Assembly: GCA_024762835.1 (NCBI GenBank)
Contig: JANTGP010000002.1
Span: 1 to 49,583, forward strand
DNA: 49,583 bases
Direction: 5' to 3'
DNA from: Bacteroidota bacterium
GTDB taxonomy: Bacteria > Bacteroidota > Bacteroidia > Bacteroidales > M50B96
Each line of letters begins with the position of its first letter. The first letter of the stretch is position 1. The notes beneath the pieces are model-generated. The model was not told the origin of the DNA, searched no databases, and worked only from the letters and a program-made list of their open reading frames with translations. Both the position numbers and the translations under genes were made by a program. Shown here piece after piece: positions 8,845-18,699 of the stretch.

Positions 8845-10653
8845 TTACAACTTTGGGTTCCAGTCTATTTCCAAATCCCAGTTAGACCGCACCTTTATTT
8901 CTTTAGTATAGAAATCTGTTTTTTCGGCTTGAAGTTTTTTAGCATAATTACCGCTATCCCAGCTATTATTATTATTAACATCCCCAATACATTTAAGCTT
9001 ATATTTGCCGGGTTTCAGAAAATCAAAAGAAATAGTCTCATCTTTATTCAAATACCTTTCAGAGAGAACTTTGTCCTTCTGATTTAGTAGCTGAACTATG
9101 TAATTTCCTTTAACATCACTTATATTAATAATTACTTTCCCGTAATAATCCTTACTTCTTGTTGTAAATCCGGCTGCTGAACTATCGTTGTAAAAACCCC
9201 TGATATCAGTAAAAGCAGAATCATTAATCAGAAGGTTATACTTTGTACTTTCGTCAAACTTAGCTTTAAAAACATATCGCCTAATATTAAAGCTGTCCTG
9301 AACAAGAGAGTAGCTCATTTTAACTTTTGTAGAATCCTGCATTTTAGTAAATAATATCTTTGTAGTATCAATATTTGCAATAGGTGAAGATGCCAATATC
9401 CAAAGTTTCTTATTTAAATCAAGTTTTGAATTATCTTTAGGGAAAATGGCAAGTTTTAATTCTGATTTGGCTTTTGGTTTTTTCCCTTTCCCTGATTTTT
9501 CTCTATAAGTAAGGTTCAATGTATCTTTTGCAAAATAATACTTACCTAAGGAATCGGTCTTCTCGTAAGTTAACTCAATCTTAAGCGAATCCATGTTGTA
9601 TATGGCCGAATCATTTATCCATACAATAAGAGAATCATGAGTCAAGTTTTTCTCGTAAATGAAGTTATTATAAGTAAAGTTTAAAGGATTTAATTGCACC
9701 GGCTCTTTTAAGGAATTATTGAATTTAAACAAGAGTTTATTTTTATCTTCGCGAGAGAACGATAAGAGATATTGGCTGTCATCCGCCTCGTTGAAAAGCT
9801 CTAGTAAAACACTATCAGGGTAATTTTTCACCTGTACGGTTCTAATAATTGAATCATTTCCGAGGGAATCAAGCTTAAGTGTGTCTATCCTCTCTGTTAT
9901 TTGTGCAAATGGTGTAATTAAAGTGTCAAGAAAAGCTATTGATTCAGTATTCAAGTCGAACAGAAAATTGTTATTTGCATCTTTCAATGCAAATAGTTTG
10001 TAATTTGCTTCCTTGATATTACCAATATTAAAGCTGCCGTCTTTAAGGCTTCTGGCAATATAAAGGGGCTGCACTGTAAGAGGGACAGAATCGTCGGTAT
10101 TTAAATAAGCCATAACCAGAATATCTTCCTCAGGCTTTCGGCTAAAGGCATTTTCTACGATTCCGGAAATTGATAAAGAATCGATTCTTGGACCTGTAGA
10201 AATAACAAACACAAAGTTATTAAGTACATTCCCTTCGTTATTGTCAACAATAGCATCGCCAAAGTTAAATGAGTATGTTGTGCTGTCTTTTAACTCTTCA
10301 TTTAAATCAACAATTAAGGTTTTGCCTTTCAGCTTAATAATCGGCTTTTCGGAAAGTGGTGGCGAAACTATTAATTTACTGTTTACATTCTTCAAAACAA
10401 TAAATTCGTCAAAGCTTATCTTTATTCTGTTTCCACGAAAATTCTTCGAAAAATTCAATGGCTCACTATTAATTACTTTAGGTGGACTTATGTCTTTTTC
10501 CCCCCCCGAAGGTATTCCTTCATTTGCACATGATGCAATAAAGATAACTCCAATAAAAATAAGTAGATTATTAATAATGTTTATCCTTCTCGAATCCCAT
10601 GATTTTTGCCAATGTTTGAATCTAATGATATGTTTTACTACCTGTCTTTTCAA
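8845..10653 (-). CDS. Ig-like (SbsA/Big_5-type) domain lipoprotein
   Basis: 602 aa. Lipoprotein signal RRINIINNLLIFIGVIFIASC, then DISPPKVINSEPLNFSKNF...IKISFDEFI, typical of the Big_5 N-terminal Ig domain. The only canonical start upstream of the signal peptide is TTG at 10653. Confidence 0.65.
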   Translation of the reverse strand: MKRQVVKHIIRFKHWQKSWDSRRINIINNLLIFIGVIFIASCANEGIPSGGEKDISPPKVINSEPLNFSKNFRGNRIKISFDEFIVLKNVNSKLIVSPPLSEKPIIKLKGKTLIVDLNEELKDSTTYSFNFGDAIVDNNEGNVLNNFVFVISTGPRIDSLSISGIVENAFSRKPEEDILVMAYLNTDDSVPLTVQPLYIARSLKDGSFNIGNIKEANYKLFALKDANNNFLFDLNTESIAFLDTLITPFAQITERIDTLKLDSLGNDSIIRTVQVKNYPDSVLLELFNEADDSQYLLSFSREDKNKLLFKFNNSLKEPVQLNPLNFTYNNFIYEKNLTHDSLIVWINDSAIYNMDSLKIELTYEKTDSLGKYYFAKDTLNLTYREKSGKGKKPKAKSELKLAIFPKDNSKLDLNKKLWILASSPIANIDTTKILFTKMQDSTKVKMSYSLVQDSFNIRRYVFKAKFDESTKYNLLINDSAFTDIRGFYNDSSAAGFTTRSKDYYGKVIINISDVKGNYIVQLLNQKDKVLSERYLNKDETISFDFLKPGKYKLKCIGDVNNNNSWDSGNYAKKLQAEKTDFYTKEIKVRSNWDLEIDWNPKL

Positions 10654-10673
10654 AATATTAATTCGAAATTTAA

Positions 10674-11000
10674 TTAAAAAAGTTTCTTGTTTTGTTTATG
10701 TCTGTTTTTGTCTCTATTGCTTTTCTTTTCAAAATTCTTCTCAAGAGCATCGCTTAAATCTACTCCTGTTTGGTTGGCAATGCAAATTAATACCCATAAA
10801 ACATCAGCCAATTCATCAGCAAGTTCCTTACCGGTGTCTGAATCTTTAAACGATTGCTCGCCATATTTACGTGAAATAATACGTGCCACTTCACCAACCT
10901 CTTCGATTAAAATAGCCATATTTGTAAGTTCACTAAAATAACGAACCCCAATAGTTGAAATCCATTTATCTACTTTTTCCTGTGCTTCTTTTATCGTCAT
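10674..11000 (-). CDS. MazG-type nucleotide pyrophosphohydrolase (small all-alpha NTP-PPase)
   Basis: 108 aa. EEVGEVARII...ELADELADVLWVLICIAN is the EExxE...ExxD MazG-like signature. Confidence 0.8.
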   Translation of the reverse strand: MTIKEAQEKVDKWISTIGVRYFSELTNMAILIEEVGEVARIISRKYGEQSFKDSDTGKELADELADVLWVLICIANQTGVDLSDALEKNFEKKSNRDKNRHKQNKKLF

Positions 11001-11014
11001 TATTAAAGTTTGTT

Positions 11015-11022
11015 CAAAAATA
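11015..11022 (-). promoter_or_regulatory. Putative -7 promoter box (tatttttg) for the mazG-like / Ig-like lipoprotein operon
   Basis: Exact TAnnTTTG on the minus strand, 15 nt upstream of ATG 11000. Confidence 0.4.
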
Positions 11023-11168
11023 CTTAATAGGCTTAAAATAATAACATGAAATTATAATTATTTCTATAAGATTAAAAAATAAATCCCTTTGCTTTTCGCG
11101 AAAAAGATAATCATACAACAATTTATTATATATTTACATCAATTATTAACATTAATAAAACTTAAGTT

Positions 11169-12563
11169 ATGAAACGATTATTATTATTAGCAACAATTGC
11201 ACTTGTTGTTTTTTCGTGCAAACAAGAAACTCCTCCTGCTAAAGCAATATTAACAGGTAAAATCACAAATACAATTGGCGATTTTGCAACTATAAGTTTA
11301 AATAATAAAATAGACAGTTCATACTTTAACAACGATAGCTTATTCCGCTTCGATATTGATATTAAGAAAGGTTCATATTGTGTCTTTAAGCAAGGACACG
11401 AAATTACAACTCTGTTTATCGCTCCGGGCGACAGTATTTACATGACTCTTAATACCGATATGTTCGACGAAAGTATTATATATTCGGGCAAAGGGGCTAA
11501 AAAAAACAATTACCTTGTCAAAAAATTTCTCGACAATGAAAAATTGGGTCTTGATTATAAAACTCTCTATTCATTAAGTAGTGACTCATTTTTATTGAAA
11601 ATTGATTCTTCAAAAAATGCTGAGTTAAGCTCTCTAGAGAAATTTGAAAAGGAAGCTAATCCCGATAAGGATTTTATTGAGTTTGAAAAAAATAAAATAA
11701 AGCTCGAGAATGCAATCTCAAAACTCAATTATCCATCATATTATGCCTATTTTACTAAGCAAGAAGCCAAAATTAATAATGACTGGTATGCTTTTGTAAA
11801 CGATTTTGATGTTAATGATTCAAAGCTTAATTCACTTCCTGATTTTGACAATTTCTTTAATGGTTTGGTTGAATATAAAGCAAAACAATTAATGGAAAGC
11901 GATAGCGTGTTAAGTAAAAGATTATATGCAAAGACAGCTGCAAAGTTTAATATTATTAATAAGATGGTTAAAGATAAACTTATGAAGAATAAGTATATCT
12001 ACGATATCATGGATGAGAAAGTTAAATACAGCAGTATTAATAATATTGAGAAGTTATTTGCCGATTTCTCTAATTTTTGTTCAGATAGTACATATATTGC
12101 AAAAATTGACTCTTCCTTAAAGCTCTGGACAAATCTTGCAGAAGGTTTACCTGCACCCGATTTTAAGGCTATTGATATTAATGGGAAAGTGTATAAGTTA
12201 AGCGATTTTAGGGGCAAGTATGTTTATATTGATGTTTGGGCAACATGGTGCGGCCCCTGTTTAAGAGAAGCACCTTTTCTTGAAAAAATTGAAGAAGAGT
12301 TTGCAAAAAACAATATTACTTTTTTAAGTATCTCAATCGATAATACGCAGGAACCTTGGAAAGAATTTTTAAAAAAAGGTAATTCACACGGTCTTCAGCT
12401 TTATGCAGAAGGTGCATGGAAATCTACTTTGGCAAAAGAGTATCTGATTCACTCAATACCCCGTTTTATGTTATTTGACAAAGAAGGGAAAATTATTGAC
12501 GTAAGGGCTGCCCGTCCATCCGGCAATATTGATGAGATAATAAAATCTTTAGACGGGATATAA
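11169..12563 (+). CDS. TlpA-family thiol:disulfide oxidoreductase lipoprotein (thioredoxin fold, AhpC/TSA-like)
   Basis: 464 aa. Signal with lipobox (VVFSC). The C-terminal thioredoxin domain carries the WATWCGPC active site. Confidence 0.8.
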   Translation: MKRLLLLATIALVVFSCKQETPPAKAILTGKITNTIGDFATISLNNKIDSSYFNNDSLFRFDIDIKKGSYCVFKQGHEITTLFIAPGDSIYMTLNTDMFDESIIYSGKGAKKNNYLVKKFLDNEKLGLDYKTLYSLSSDSFLLKIDSSKNAELSSLEKFEKEANPDKDFIEFEKNKIKLENAISKLNYPSYYAYFTKQEAKINNDWYAFVNDFDVNDSKLNSLPDFDNFFNGLVEYKAKQLMESDSVLSKRLYAKTAAKFNIINKMVKDKLMKNKYIYDIMDEKVKYSSINNIEKLFADFSNFCSDSTYIAKIDSSLKLWTNLAEGLPAPDFKAIDINGKVYKLSDFRGKYVYIDVWATWCGPCLREAPFLEKIEEEFAKNNITFLSISIDNTQEPWKEFLKKGNSHGLQLYAEGAWKSTLAKEYLIHSIPRFMLFDKEGKIIDVRAARPSGNIDEIIKSLDGI

Positions 12564-12594
12564 AAAATAGTTTCAAGTATTGCTGTGTTTATTG

Positions 12595-12602
12595 TAGCTT
12601 TG
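12595..12602 (+). promoter_or_regulatory. Putative -7 promoter box (tagctttg) for tRNA-Arg
   Basis: Exact TAnnTTTG, 13 nt upstream of the mature tRNA 5' end. Confidence 0.5.
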
Positions 12603-12615
12603 CAATCCAAATTCC

Positions 12616-12687
12616 GACCCCGTAGTTTAATGGATAAAATTCCGGATTCCGGTTCCGGGGCTGTGGGTTCGATTCCCGCCGGGGTCG
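12616..12687 (+). tRNA. tRNA-Arg (anticodon CCG)
   Basis: Cloverleaf folded by hand. Acceptor stem GACCCCG/CGGGGTC, D stem GTTT/AAAT. Anticodon stem CCGGA/TCCGG with loop TT-CCG-GT. T arm GTGGG-TTCGATT-CCCGC, discriminator G. No encoded CCA. A T9 run follows. Confidence 0.9.
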
Positions 12688-12757
12688 CTATTTTTTTTAC
12701 TAAAAACACTTATAAAAATACCTTTGTCTTAATCTAAACTTTTTACTTGACTTAACC

Positions 12758-13243
12758 CTATTCCATATCTAAGCTTATCTGGTCAGAGTTAATATACCAT
12801 TCATCTTCTTTAAGGTTTGGCTGCATTGAAGCTTCAACGGCAAGTTGGTCGCAACGTTCGTTTCCGGGAATATTGGCATGGCCTTTAACCCAAACAAACC
12901 TGACATTATGTTGCCGGTAAATTTTCAAAAAACGAATCCACAAATCGGAATTTTTTTTCTTCTTAAATCTGTTTTTCTCCCATTTAAACAGCCATGCTTT
13001 TTCAACAGCATCAACTACATATTTTGAGTCGGTATAAATGGTAACATCAGATGGTATTATTTTAAGCGATTCCAAAGCCACAATAACAGCAAGCAGCTCC
13101 ATCCGGTTATTAGTTGTATGTGCAAAGCCCTCGGATATCTCTTTTCTGTGTCTCCCCGATGCTAAAACAATGCCGTATCCACCGGGGCCGGGATTACCTC
13201 TTGCAGCACCATCAGTATAAATTGTTATTGCAGGCATATTCAT
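12758..13243 (-). CDS. rnhA: Ribonuclease HI
   Basis: ITIYTDGAARGNPGPGGYG, TTNNRMEL, TDSKY, WVKGHA..GNERCD motifs. The ATG overlaps the nadD stop as ATGA (13240-13243). Confidence 0.9.
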   Translation of the reverse strand: MNMPAITIYTDGAARGNPGPGGYGIVLASGRHRKEISEGFAHTTNNRMELLAVIVALESLKIIPSDVTIYTDSKYVVDAVEKAWLFKWEKNRFKKKKNSDLWIRFLKIYRQHNVRFVWVKGHANIPGNERCDQLAVEASMQPNLKEDEWYINSDQISLDME

Positions 13244-13821
13244 TTTTTTTCGTAAAAGTGCATCTCAGACACATATTCTGCCACCTTAGCCGGCATAAAA
13301 TAACTAACATCTTTTCCTGTTGCAATCGACTTGCGTATAAAGCTCGATGAAATTTCAATCAGCGGAGCATCAACCTTTACAATTTTGGCAATATTTACAT
13401 AGTCGTCAATAGAAATTCCGGGACGCGGGTAAACATATATCTCATAATTCTCAACTATTTGTTGAAAGTTCTTCCATTTATGCAATGTGGGCAAATTATC
13501 CGAACCCATTATCAAAACAAATTTCCTGTCGGGATATTTTTCACCAAGATAAGCCAAGGTATCAATTGTATAGGAAGGTTTCGGCATGTGGAACTCAACA
13601 TTTGAAGCTTTAAATAATAAACTCGAATCAATGGCTGTATTTAGTAAAGCTAATCGATGATGGTCAGCCAGTAAACTCGATTTCTTTTTAAAGGGATTTT
13701 GCGGACTTACAATAAACCATAATTGGTCGATATCGGTAAACTCAACCATATAATTTGCAATAGCCATATGACCAATATGTACCGGATTAAATGAACCAAA
13801 ATATAAACCTGTTTTTTTCAT
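13240..13821 (-). CDS. nadD: Nicotinate-nucleotide adenylyltransferase
   Basis: 193 aa. GSFNPVHIGH (HxGH) and the ISSSFIR motif. Confidence 0.9.
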   Translation of the reverse strand: MKKTGLYFGSFNPVHIGHMAIANYMVEFTDIDQLWFIVSPQNPFKKKSSLLADHHRLALLNTAIDSSLLFKASNVEFHMPKPSYTIDTLAYLGEKYPDRKFVLIMGSDNLPTLHKWKNFQQIVENYEIYVYPRPGISIDDYVNIAKIVKVDAPLIEISSSFIRKSIATGKDVSYFMPAKVAEYVSEMHFYEKK

Positions 13822-13841
13822 AAAAACCAGATATAGTTTGT

Positions 13842-14411
13842 TTAAAATTTATTTAAGAAATTGTCAAGTAAATTTTCTGCTTCAATTAGTGCTTTTTCAA
13901 GATTATCATTTACTATCACATAATCGAATTTATCAGCAAAACTTAATTCGTACTCTACGCGTTCCATCCTTTTGGTTATTTTGTCATGGCTATCGGTGCT
14001 TCTGACGCGTAAGCGATTTTCCAATTCTTTTACTGATGGTGCCTGAACAAAAATAGCCAAAGCTTCGTCGCCAAATTGCTTTTTAATATTAAGACCACCT
14101 TTTACATCAATATCGAAAATTACATTCTTACCTAGCGTACGGATTCTATCAACCTCAGAGCGTAAAGTCCCGTAATAGTGGTCTTTATAAACCTCTTCCC
14201 ATTCAATAAATTCGTTATTTGCAATTTTCCTCTTAAAGTCTTCAACCGAAAGAAAATAGTAATCTACCCCATCGGTTTCGGTATGCCGCTTCTCTCTGCT
14301 ACAAGCAGATATTGAGAATTCAAGATTAAAATCTTCCTTTAATAAATGGTGTACTATGGTTGTTTTACCCGAACCCGAAGGAGCTGAAAATATTACTAAT
14401 TTTCCTTTCAT
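13842..14411 (-). CDS. gmk: Guanylate kinase
   Basis: Start at ATG 14411 ([19 protein letters not shown]-loop). The ORF-track N-terminal extension to 14501 runs through the promoter region. Confidence 0.9.
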   Translation of the reverse strand: MKGKLVIFSAPSGSGKTTIVHHLLKEDFNLEFSISACSREKRHTETDGVDYYFLSVEDFKRKIANNEFIEWEEVYKDHYYGTLRSEVDRIRTLGKNVIFDIDVKGGLNIKKQFGDEALAIFVQAPSVKELENRLRVRSTDSHDKITKRMERVEYELSFADKFDYVIVNDNLEKALIEAENLLDNFLNKF

Positions 14412-14428
14412 AAAAAATATATTTGCAA

Positions 14429-14436
14429 CAAAAATA
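14429..14436 (-). promoter_or_regulatory. Putative -7 promoter box (tatttttg) for the gmk-nadD-rnhA operon
   Basis: Exact TAnnTTTG on the minus strand, 17 nt upstream of ATG 14411. Confidence 0.4.
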
Positions 14437-14548
14437 ATTAAATTATCATACAGTATCTTATTATTGATACATAAGTGTGCTGGCATAGCCTTTTTGGGCA
14501 AAGCAGTCTATTTTATATTTTCATAGTCGTAAGTTAGAATAAGTAAAC

Positions 14549-14556
14549 TAACTTTG
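14549..14556 (+). promoter_or_regulatory. Putative -7 promoter box (taactttg) for the SNF2 helicase gene
   Basis: Exact TAnnTTTG. The ORF-track start 14554 is the TTG of this box. The first ATG is at 14590. Confidence 0.4.
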
Positions 14557-14589
14557 CATGAAATATTAATAAACAATATCTATTTCAAA

Positions 14590-17223
14590 ATGATGAATTC
14601 AAAAATAAGTATTATTCATGATGAGCTATTAAAATTAAAAGAGAATACAAGCTTTGGCTTGTCATACCGCCGAGGTCATGCATTATATATGAATGGACAA
14701 TGTGTATTGCTCTCTCAATCAGGAAGTCAGATAAATTATTCTGTTTTTGATGAGTTTAACGACTTTAGGGTTTCGGTAATATTTAACGACAAACTTGAAA
14801 TGAGCTGTGAGTGTAAAAGCAAACTAATCTGTCAGCATAAAATAGCAGCACTTATTCAAACTCATGAAGACCTAAGCCGCGATAATTTTCAAAAAGAAAA
14901 ATCAGGAATTCAATACACAAGAGAAGGAATGATTAAGAGAGTTTTGAAAGAACGAATGGAAAAGTCACACTCGCTGAGTTATAAATTAGAGCTTGCTGAT
15001 AACATTCATGGGATTCATCAATTATATAATGAGAAGGGGATGTTGTATAACATTACACTTCGCGATTTTGAAAAAGAACAAGGGCATTGCTCTTGTCCCG
15101 ATTTTAGAACCAATAAGTTGGGGACATGTAAGCATTTAATGTTCGCCTACAGATATTTAAAGAGCAATAATCATTTACTTAAAAACAAATCAACAGAATT
15201 TCCATTTGTTGAAATATATTTAAATCCTCGTGAACATTATAAAATTTCGTGGTACTATCCCGGTAGAATAGGTATTCCGGAAATATCCTCTTTGCTTTAT
15301 AAAACATTTGGTAAGTCGGTGAGCTTAGGTGAAGAGTATGTTGTTTCGTTTCTTAATTTTTTGAACGAAGCCCAAAAACACAAGCAAATTTTGGTTCGTC
15401 CCGAAGTATATCGAAAAGTTGAAAAAGCTTATAACCAAAATATGCTTGAGCAAGTTCGCACTTCAACCACATTAAACTTCTCCTTACTGAAGGCAAATCT
15501 TTTCAACTATCAGAAGAAAGGGGTAGAGTTTGCTGTTTATAAGGAAGGTGCTATTATTGCCGACGACATGGGACTTGGAAAAACGATTCAGGCTATTGCA
15601 ACAGCAGTTTTTAAAAAAGAGCTTTTCGGTTTTACAAAATGCTTGATTATCTGTCCGGCTTCGCTAAAGTTTCAGTGGAAGAAAGAAATTGAGAATTTTT
15701 CAAGTGAATCAGCTGTAGTAATTCAAGGAACACCCGAAGAAAGAAAACATGAATATCTTAATTCGCAGGAGTTTTTCTTAATTGCAAACTACGAAACGGT
15801 TTTACGCGACAAAGACCGGATTAATCAATATGCTCCGGATTTTATTATTCTTGACGAAGCACAAAGAATTAAAAATTACGACACCCTGACATCAAGGGTT
15901 ATTAAATCACTCAAAAAGAAACATTCATTAATTATTACAGGAACACCAATAGAAAACAGACTCACCGACTTATATTCATTAGTAAACTTTATTAACACAG
16001 AGTTTTTATCGCCGCTCTGGGAGTTTTCTTATCAGCATTATTATTTCGATTCGGAATCGAAAAATAAAATTACCGGTTATTTCAATCTCGATAAATTAAA
16101 AGAAAAACTCGGGCAAATTCTTATCCGACGCGAAAAAAAAGAAGTTATCGAAGAGCTGCCCCATATTTCTCAAATTGATGTACCAATTGATTTACATCCC
16201 GAACAAGAACGTATACATAATAATTTTGCAAAAGGTATTGCTGTTATTCTGGCCAAGAAATTTAAAACAGCTTTCGATTGGCAAAATTTAATGTTGTTGA
16301 TGACAAAAATGAGAATGGTTTGCGACTCAAGCTATCTTATTGATTATAAAACAAATCATTCGCCTAAACTAATCGAGCTAAAACAAATATTGTTTGATAA
16401 GCTTGATATAAATAATAAAAACAAAAAAATAATAATTTTCTCTGAATGGATACGAATGAATAATATTATTGGTAAATTACTCAGAGAAAACAACATACAA
16501 TATGTTGAACTAAACGGTAAAGTGCCGGTTAAAAACAGGGGAAAAATAATTAGCGAATTTGAGAATAATGATGAATGTAAAGTCTTTCTTTCAACAGATG
16601 CAGGAGGCACAGGATTAAACCTGCAAGTTGCCGACACGATTATAAACTTTGAGATCCCATGGAACCCTGCAAAAAAGAACCAGCGAATTGGGCGAATTGA
16701 CAGAATTGGTCAGCAAAATGATAAACTTACCGTAATTAATCTGATTACCCGTAACTCTATTGAAATGAATATTGCTTCGGGGGTTTTTCTAAAACAAAAA
16801 CTCTTTGATGGCGTTTTTAGTTTAGACGACTCAATTAATGAAGTTGATTTCAGCACCGAAGGCAGAGCTCAGTTCTTAAAAGAATTGCAAACAATTGTTG
16901 AAGGTTATACTGATGAGAAAGATTTGGAAGATACTGAGACAGATATTTCTGAAACAATAAACGAAATTGATAATCTAGACGAAATAATTGCCGAAGAAGT
17001 TCAAGAAATCCAAGAACAGGAAAAAGATGAAAAAGAAAGTAAAGAAACATTATCAGACTCAAATATTAATGAAGTTGAAAAAATAATGAACAGTGGCATC
17101 GACTTTCTTTCAGGCATTTTTAAAATGACAACAGGAAAAGATTTAATAGGTAAAGACAAAAAGATATTAATTGATAAAGAAACGGGTGAAGTTACATTGA
17201 TGTTTAAATTTCCCGTAAAGTAA
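14590..17223 (+). CDS. SNF2-family helicase/ATPase with two N-terminal SWIM-type zinc fingers and an acidic C-terminal tail
   Basis: SWIM-like CECKSKLICQH (about 14805-14850) and CSCPDFRTNKLGTCKH (about 15088-15147). Helicase motif I DDMGLGKT, motif II DEAQRIKN, and a C-terminal helicase lobe (GGTGLNLQ, QRIGRIDRIGQ). The tail is rich in E/D. Confidence 0.85.
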   Translation: MMNSKISIIHDELLKLKENTSFGLSYRRGHALYMNGQCVLLSQSGSQINYSVFDEFNDFRVSVIFNDKLEMSCECKSKLICQHKIAALIQTHEDLSRDNFQKEKSGIQYTREGMIKRVLKERMEKSHSLSYKLELADNIHGIHQLYNEKGMLYNITLRDFEKEQGHCSCPDFRTNKLGTCKHLMFAYRYLKSNNHLLKNKSTEFPFVEIYLNPREHYKISWYYPGRIGIPEISSLLYKTFGKSVSLGEEYVVSFLNFLNEAQKHKQILVRPEVYRKVEKAYNQNMLEQVRTSTTLNFSLLKANLFNYQKKGVEFAVYKEGAIIADDMGLGKTIQAIATAVFKKELFGFTKCLIICPASLKFQWKKEIENFSSESAVVIQGTPEERKHEYLNSQEFFLIANYETVLRDKDRINQYAPDFIILDEAQRIKNYDTLTSRVIKSLKKKHSLIITGTPIENRLTDLYSLVNFINTEFLSPLWEFSYQHYYFDSESKNKITGYFNLDKLKEKLGQILIRREKKEVIEELPHISQIDVPIDLHPEQERIHNNFAKGIAVILAKKFKTAFDWQNLMLLMTKMRMVCDSSYLIDYKTNHSPKLIELKQILFDKLDINNKNKKIIIFSEWIRMNNIIGKLLRENNIQYVELNGKVPVKNRGKIISEFENNDECKVFLSTDAGGTGLNLQVADTIINFEIPWNPAKKNQRIGRIDRIGQQNDKLTVINLITRNSIEMNIASGVFLKQKLFDGVFSLDDSINEVDFSTEGRAQFLKELQTIVEGYTDEKDLEDTETDISETINEIDNLDEIIAEEVQEIQEQEKDEKESKETLSDSNINEVEKIMNSGIDFLSGIFKMTTGKDLIGKDKKILIDKETGEVTLMFKFPVK

Positions 17224-17247
17224 TACTTGTCAGAAAATAAAAAGATT

Positions 17248-18255
17248 ATGGTATTTGTTACCGGAGCAACAGGTTTATTAGGGTCACATCTCATTCTCGA
17301 ACTATTGAAAAAGGGCGAAAATGTTCGGGCTATGAAACGAGAAAACAGCAAAGTTGAAAGTCTTAAGCAAATATTTTCATGGTATGTAAATAATGCCGGC
17401 GAGTTATATGAAAAAATAGAATGGGTAGATTGTGAACTTGAAGATTACGAGATGCTTGTTTCGGCTTTAAAAGATGTTGAATACGTTTACCATTGTGCTG
17501 CTATGGTTTCTTTTAACCCTAAGGATAAAGCTAAAATGATTAGCAATAATGTAAACGGAACAGCAAATATTGTAAATGCCTGTCTTGAAAATAATATCAA
17601 AAAATTATGTCATGTAAGCTCAGTTTCTGCTTTAGGTAATGCTTCTCACAATTCAATTATTGATGAATCAACGCCAAGAATAGCAGGAAGCTCATTCTCT
17701 GGATATTCCACAAGTAAATATAAATCGGAACTCGAAGTTTGGCGTGGGATAAGCGAAGGTCTAAATGCTGTTATCTTAAATCCTTCAATTATAATTGGCA
17801 CCGGACTCAGAGATAATGGTAGCCAAAGATTGTTTGCCGAGATTTATAAAGGTCTTAAATATTATACTACCGGAATTACCGGATATGTTGACGTGAGAGA
17901 TGTAGTAAAAATCATGATTGAACTGACAAGTAAAGAAATAACAAATGAACGATATTGTATAAATTCAGAAAACTTAAGCTACAAAGAGGTGTTTGAAAAT
18001 ATTGCTGAAAGTCTAAATCTTAAAGCTCCGTCAAAACAAATTAACAGTAAGATTTTAAGCCTTGCATGGCGGATTGAAAAGATAAGAAGTGCCATTTTAG
18101 GCACAGAAGCTCTAATAACAAAAGATAGTGCAAACTCAGCAAAAAGCATTAGCCATTATTCAAATAAGAAGATTGTAAACGAATTAAATATTGAGTTTAT
18201 ACCAATCCATGAATCGATAAAGCATACGGCAAAAATATTTATGGAAAATAAATAA
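17248..18255 (+). CDS. NAD-dependent epimerase/dehydratase family SDR
   Basis: Start at ATG 17248 (MVFVTGATGLLGSHL Rossmann motif); the ORF-track start 17227 is a TTG. YSTSK matches the extended-SDR YxxxK catalytic motif. Confidence 0.75.
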   Translation: MVFVTGATGLLGSHLILELLKKGENVRAMKRENSKVESLKQIFSWYVNNAGELYEKIEWVDCELEDYEMLVSALKDVEYVYHCAAMVSFNPKDKAKMISNNVNGTANIVNACLENNIKKLCHVSSVSALGNASHNSIIDESTPRIAGSSFSGYSTSKYKSELEVWRGISEGLNAVILNPSIIIGTGLRDNGSQRLFAEIYKGLKYYTTGITGYVDVRDVVKIMIELTSKEITNERYCINSENLSYKEVFENIAESLNLKAPSKQINSKILSLAWRIEKIRSAILGTEALITKDSANSAKSISHYSNKKIVNELNIEFIPIHESIKHTAKIFMENK

Positions 18256-18297
18256 GTATCTTTACAAATCAATGTTCTAATAATATTAAAGCTATAA

Positions 18298-18699
18298 ATG
18301 AATAAAAGCTTACGACATACTTTAACTAAAAAAGAAAGACTTCACCGCAAAAAACTCATCGACAAAGTTTTTGCACAAGGCGAATCTTTTCATTTATATC
18401 CATTTAAAGTGGCCTGGATTAAGGCGGATTTTAATACAGGATATAATGCTCAATTCGGGATAAGTGTTTCGAAAAAAATATTTAAAAAAGCAGTTGACCG
18501 CAACTTGCTAAAGAGGCGAAGTAGAGAAGCTTACCGTTTAAATAAACATATTTTATATAATGAGCTGAATTTACAAAACAAAAAAATAGCTTTCATGTTA
18601 ATTTATATCAGTAAAGAGATACTTCCTTTTGAGGTGATTGAATCCAAAATAATATTAATTTTACGCCGTTTATCGAAATTAGATGAAAAAAGTACTTAG
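18298..18699 (+). CDS. rnpA: Ribonuclease P protein component
   Basis: 133 aa, very basic. The [18 protein letters not shown] (RNR-like) motif is typical of RnpA. It overlaps and precedes yidD, as in many bacteria. Confidence 0.85.
   Translation: MNKSLRHTLTKKERLHRKKLIDKVFAQGESFHLYPFKVAWIKADFNTGYNAQFGISVSKKIFKKAVDRNLLKRRSREAYRLNKHILYNELNLQNKKIAFMLIYISKEILPFEVIESKIILILRRLSKLDEKST

Noticed and set aside
10241-10849. 202-aa plus-strand ORF antisense to the Ig-like lipoprotein and mazG-like genes
   Set aside because: It spans two well-supported minus-strand genes and their intergenic gap. It has a low-complexity, Leu/Phe/Ile/Ser-rich composition typical of antisense frames in AT-rich DNA, and no recognisable motif.
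12449-12709. 86-aa minus-strand ORF
   Set aside because: It overlaps the 3' end of the TlpA-like gene and the whole tRNA-Arg. It is explained by the tRNA gene and is not coding.
12564-12757. tRNA-Arg as an integration hotspot or island boundary
   Set aside because: There is no integrase, no direct repeat of the tRNA 3' end and no compositional shift. Both flanks are housekeeping genes.
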